NCBI GenBank assembly: GCA_964633325.1
Contig: CAZWFS010000004.1
Span: 19,423 to 83,422, forward strand
Origin: an uncultured Candidatus Saccharibacteria bacterium
GTDB taxonomy: Bacteria; Patescibacteriota; Saccharimonadia; Saccharimonadales; CAZWFS01
Length of the DNA stretch: 64,000 nucleotides
Reading direction: 5' to 3'
Both the position numbers and the translations under genes were made by a program. Shown piece by piece: positions 62,544 through 64,000 of this stretch; position 1 is the stretch's first letter; every line of letters begins with the position of its first letter. The notes under the pieces were generated by a model that saw only the letters and a program-made list of their open reading frames with translations, had not been told where the DNA came from and did not search any database.

Positions 62544-63992
62544 TTATTTGGCAAATTCTATGGCGCGTGTTTCTCGTATAACGTTTACCTTTATGGTGCC
62601 GGGGTATTGCATTGTGCTTTCAATCTTGTTGGCTATGTCTCTGGCAAGCTTTATGGAGCCTAGATCGTCCAGGTCTATCGGTTTTACAAACACCCGGACT
62701 TCGCGGCCGGCGCTAATGGCGTAGGCCTTTTCCACCCCGCCAAAGCCGACGGCCACATTTTCCAGATCACGCATTCTTTCGCTAAAGTTCTCGGCGCTGA
62801 TGTTACGGGCGCCAGGACGGGCGGCGCTTACCGCATCAACGACTCTAATTACCAAAGCTTCGGTGGTGGTAGCCTCCACGTCATCATGGTGGGCTTCCGC
62901 GGCATGGGCTACGGGTTCGGGTGCGCCGTATTTGCGCAGCATTTCGGCGCTGATATGGTGATGTTTACCCTCCATCTTGTGCGTCAGGGCTTTACCTATG
63001 TCATGCACCAGGGCAGCGTATTTACAGGTTTTCACATCAGCCCCGATTTCCACCGCAATCATGCCGGCCATATGGGCCATCTCTGTGCTGTGTTTGAGCA
63101 CGTTCTGACCGTACGATGTACGGTATTTCAGCTCGCCCAGTATCTGCAGAATCTCCTTAGGAATACCAATGATACCGACTTCCCGCGCGGCATCCTCACC
63201 GGCCCGAACAACTTCTTTAAGAACATTCTTATGGGCTTTTTCTACTACCTCCTCTATCCGGCCCGGATGGACCCGGCCATCCTTTAGAAGCATCTCCAAC
63301 GCTTGTCGGGCAACTTCGCGGCGTACCGGATCAAAACTAGACAGGATAATCATGCCCGGTGTGTCGTCCACCATGATGTCTACGCCTGTAGCACGCTGCA
63401 AGGCCTGAATATTTCGGCCTTCCTTGCCGATTATGCGGCCTTTCATTTCCTCATCTTCGAGCTTAACGGCCGTTACGGTACGCTCGGCGGTAACATCGCT
63501 GGCCATCCGCTCCATGGCTGTCGTGATAATCACCGCCGCTTGCTCTTCCGCGGTTTCTTTCGCGTCGTTCTGAAGTTTGTTGATTAAGCCAACCAAGTCA
63601 TTTTTGATGTCCCGCTCGGTCATCTTCAGCAACTTTTCGGCGGCGTCGGCCTTGGTCAATTTGGCGATTTTCTCTAGCTTATCCTGCTGTTTGGTACGGA
63701 TTTCACGAATCTCATTTTTTAGGGTTTCTACTTCGTCCTCACCTTTGCGTAACACTTCGCTACGTTTGTCCAGGTTATCCAGTTTTTTGTCTAGAGATTC
63801 TTCGCGGTCCAATAGCCGCTGCTCTATCTCCTTGAACTCTCGGCGGCGTGTCTGATCCTCCTTACGCGCCGAATCTGCTAGCTCGGTAGCCTCTTGGCGA
63901 GCCTGGGTAACCAGCTTGTCAGCTTCTTTCTTGGCTTTTGAAAGCTCCTTTTCTGCTTGGTCCTCTATAGAGCCCTGTTTCTTTTTGCTCAT
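62544..63992 (-). CDS. rny: ribonuclease Y (KH + HD domains); the N-terminus may extend beyond the window
   Basis: 482 aa with a coiled-coil N-terminus. KH motif IIGKEGRNIQAL. HD domain HS...HDIGK. The usual N-terminal TM helix is missing, and the frame stays open to position 64000. Confidence 0.88.
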   Translation of the reverse strand: MSKKKQGSIEDQAEKELSKAKKEADKLVTQARQEATELADSARKEDQTRRREFKEIEQRLLDREESLDKKLDNLDKRSEVLRKGEDEVETLKNEIREIRTKQQDKLEKIAKLTKADAAEKLLKMTERDIKNDLVGLINKLQNDAKETAEEQAAVIITTAMERMASDVTAERTVTAVKLEDEEMKGRIIGKEGRNIQALQRATGVDIMVDDTPGMIILSSFDPVRREVARQALEMLLKDGRVHPGRIEEVVEKAHKNVLKEVVRAGEDAAREVGIIGIPKEILQILGELKYRTSYGQNVLKHSTEMAHMAGMIAVEIGADVKTCKYAALVHDIGKALTHKMEGKHHHISAEMLRKYGAPEPVAHAAEAHHDDVEATTTEALVIRVVDAVSAARPGARNISAENFSERMRDLENVAVGFGGVEKAYAISAGREVRVFVKPIDLDDLGSIKLARDIANKIESTMQYPGTIKVNVIRETRAIEFAK

Positions 63993-64000
63993 GGCCTGAT

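Noticed and set aside
1-64000. Alternative genetic code (UGA recoding as in some CPR lineages)
   Set aside because: All housekeeping genes give full-length, motif-complete products under the standard code, with TGA, TAA and TAG all acting as stops. No in-frame UGA interruptions were needed.

Overview
This is a compact, mostly housekeeping chromosomal window with about 62 protein-coding genes, 9 intact tRNA genes and no rRNA. I saw no CRISPR array, integrase, transposase or phage gene. All calls come from motif recognition in the supplied translations and my own reading of both strands; no searches were run.

Gene content:
- Partial rsmA/ksgA downstream of an rpfB-like gene, then Nudix, pcrA and a pyk-pgk-tpiA glycolytic block.
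- Dispersed peptidoglycan genes: murD, murI, murB and an HTH-fused murA.
- A folate/C1 group: 5-formyl-THF cyclo-ligase, folC and glyA.
- Two sensor histidine kinases and a receiver-only response regulator.
- rny and ymdB.
- A large set of Gram-positive-type envelope genes: one sortase, four proteins with LPXTG-type sorting signals, an LCP protein, two Rpf-type and one CHAP-type muralytic enzymes, and an S8 protease.

The standard genetic code fits. The mix of a small-genome housekeeping set with sortase/Rpf/LCP envelope functions suggests a Patescibacteria/CPR organism, possibly Saccharibacteria-like. That is inference only.

Observations most worth a second look:
1. Three loci where an intact tRNA gene (Glu, Lys, Pro) sits beside a same-strand, same-anticodon chimeric partial copy interrupted by GC-rich inserts. 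The Lys and Pro inserts share a 30-nt hairpin block whose only two differences are a compensatory base-pair swap. Related GC-rich modules lie next to two further tRNAs.
2. A family of three long imperfect-palindrome intergenic elements (123-259 nt). Each has a perfect, locus-specific closing stem around a conserved core and a conserved apical GCGTAC...GTACG hairpin.
3. A four-gene minus-strand cluster: polysaccharide deacetylase with duplicated CBM-like modules, a 62-aa protein that is almost only an LPNTG sorting signal, a sortase, and a processive GT2 synthase.
4. An XRE-HTH::MurA fusion.
5. A membrane-anchored two-ring AAA+ Clp-like ATPase translationally coupled to a small membrane protein.
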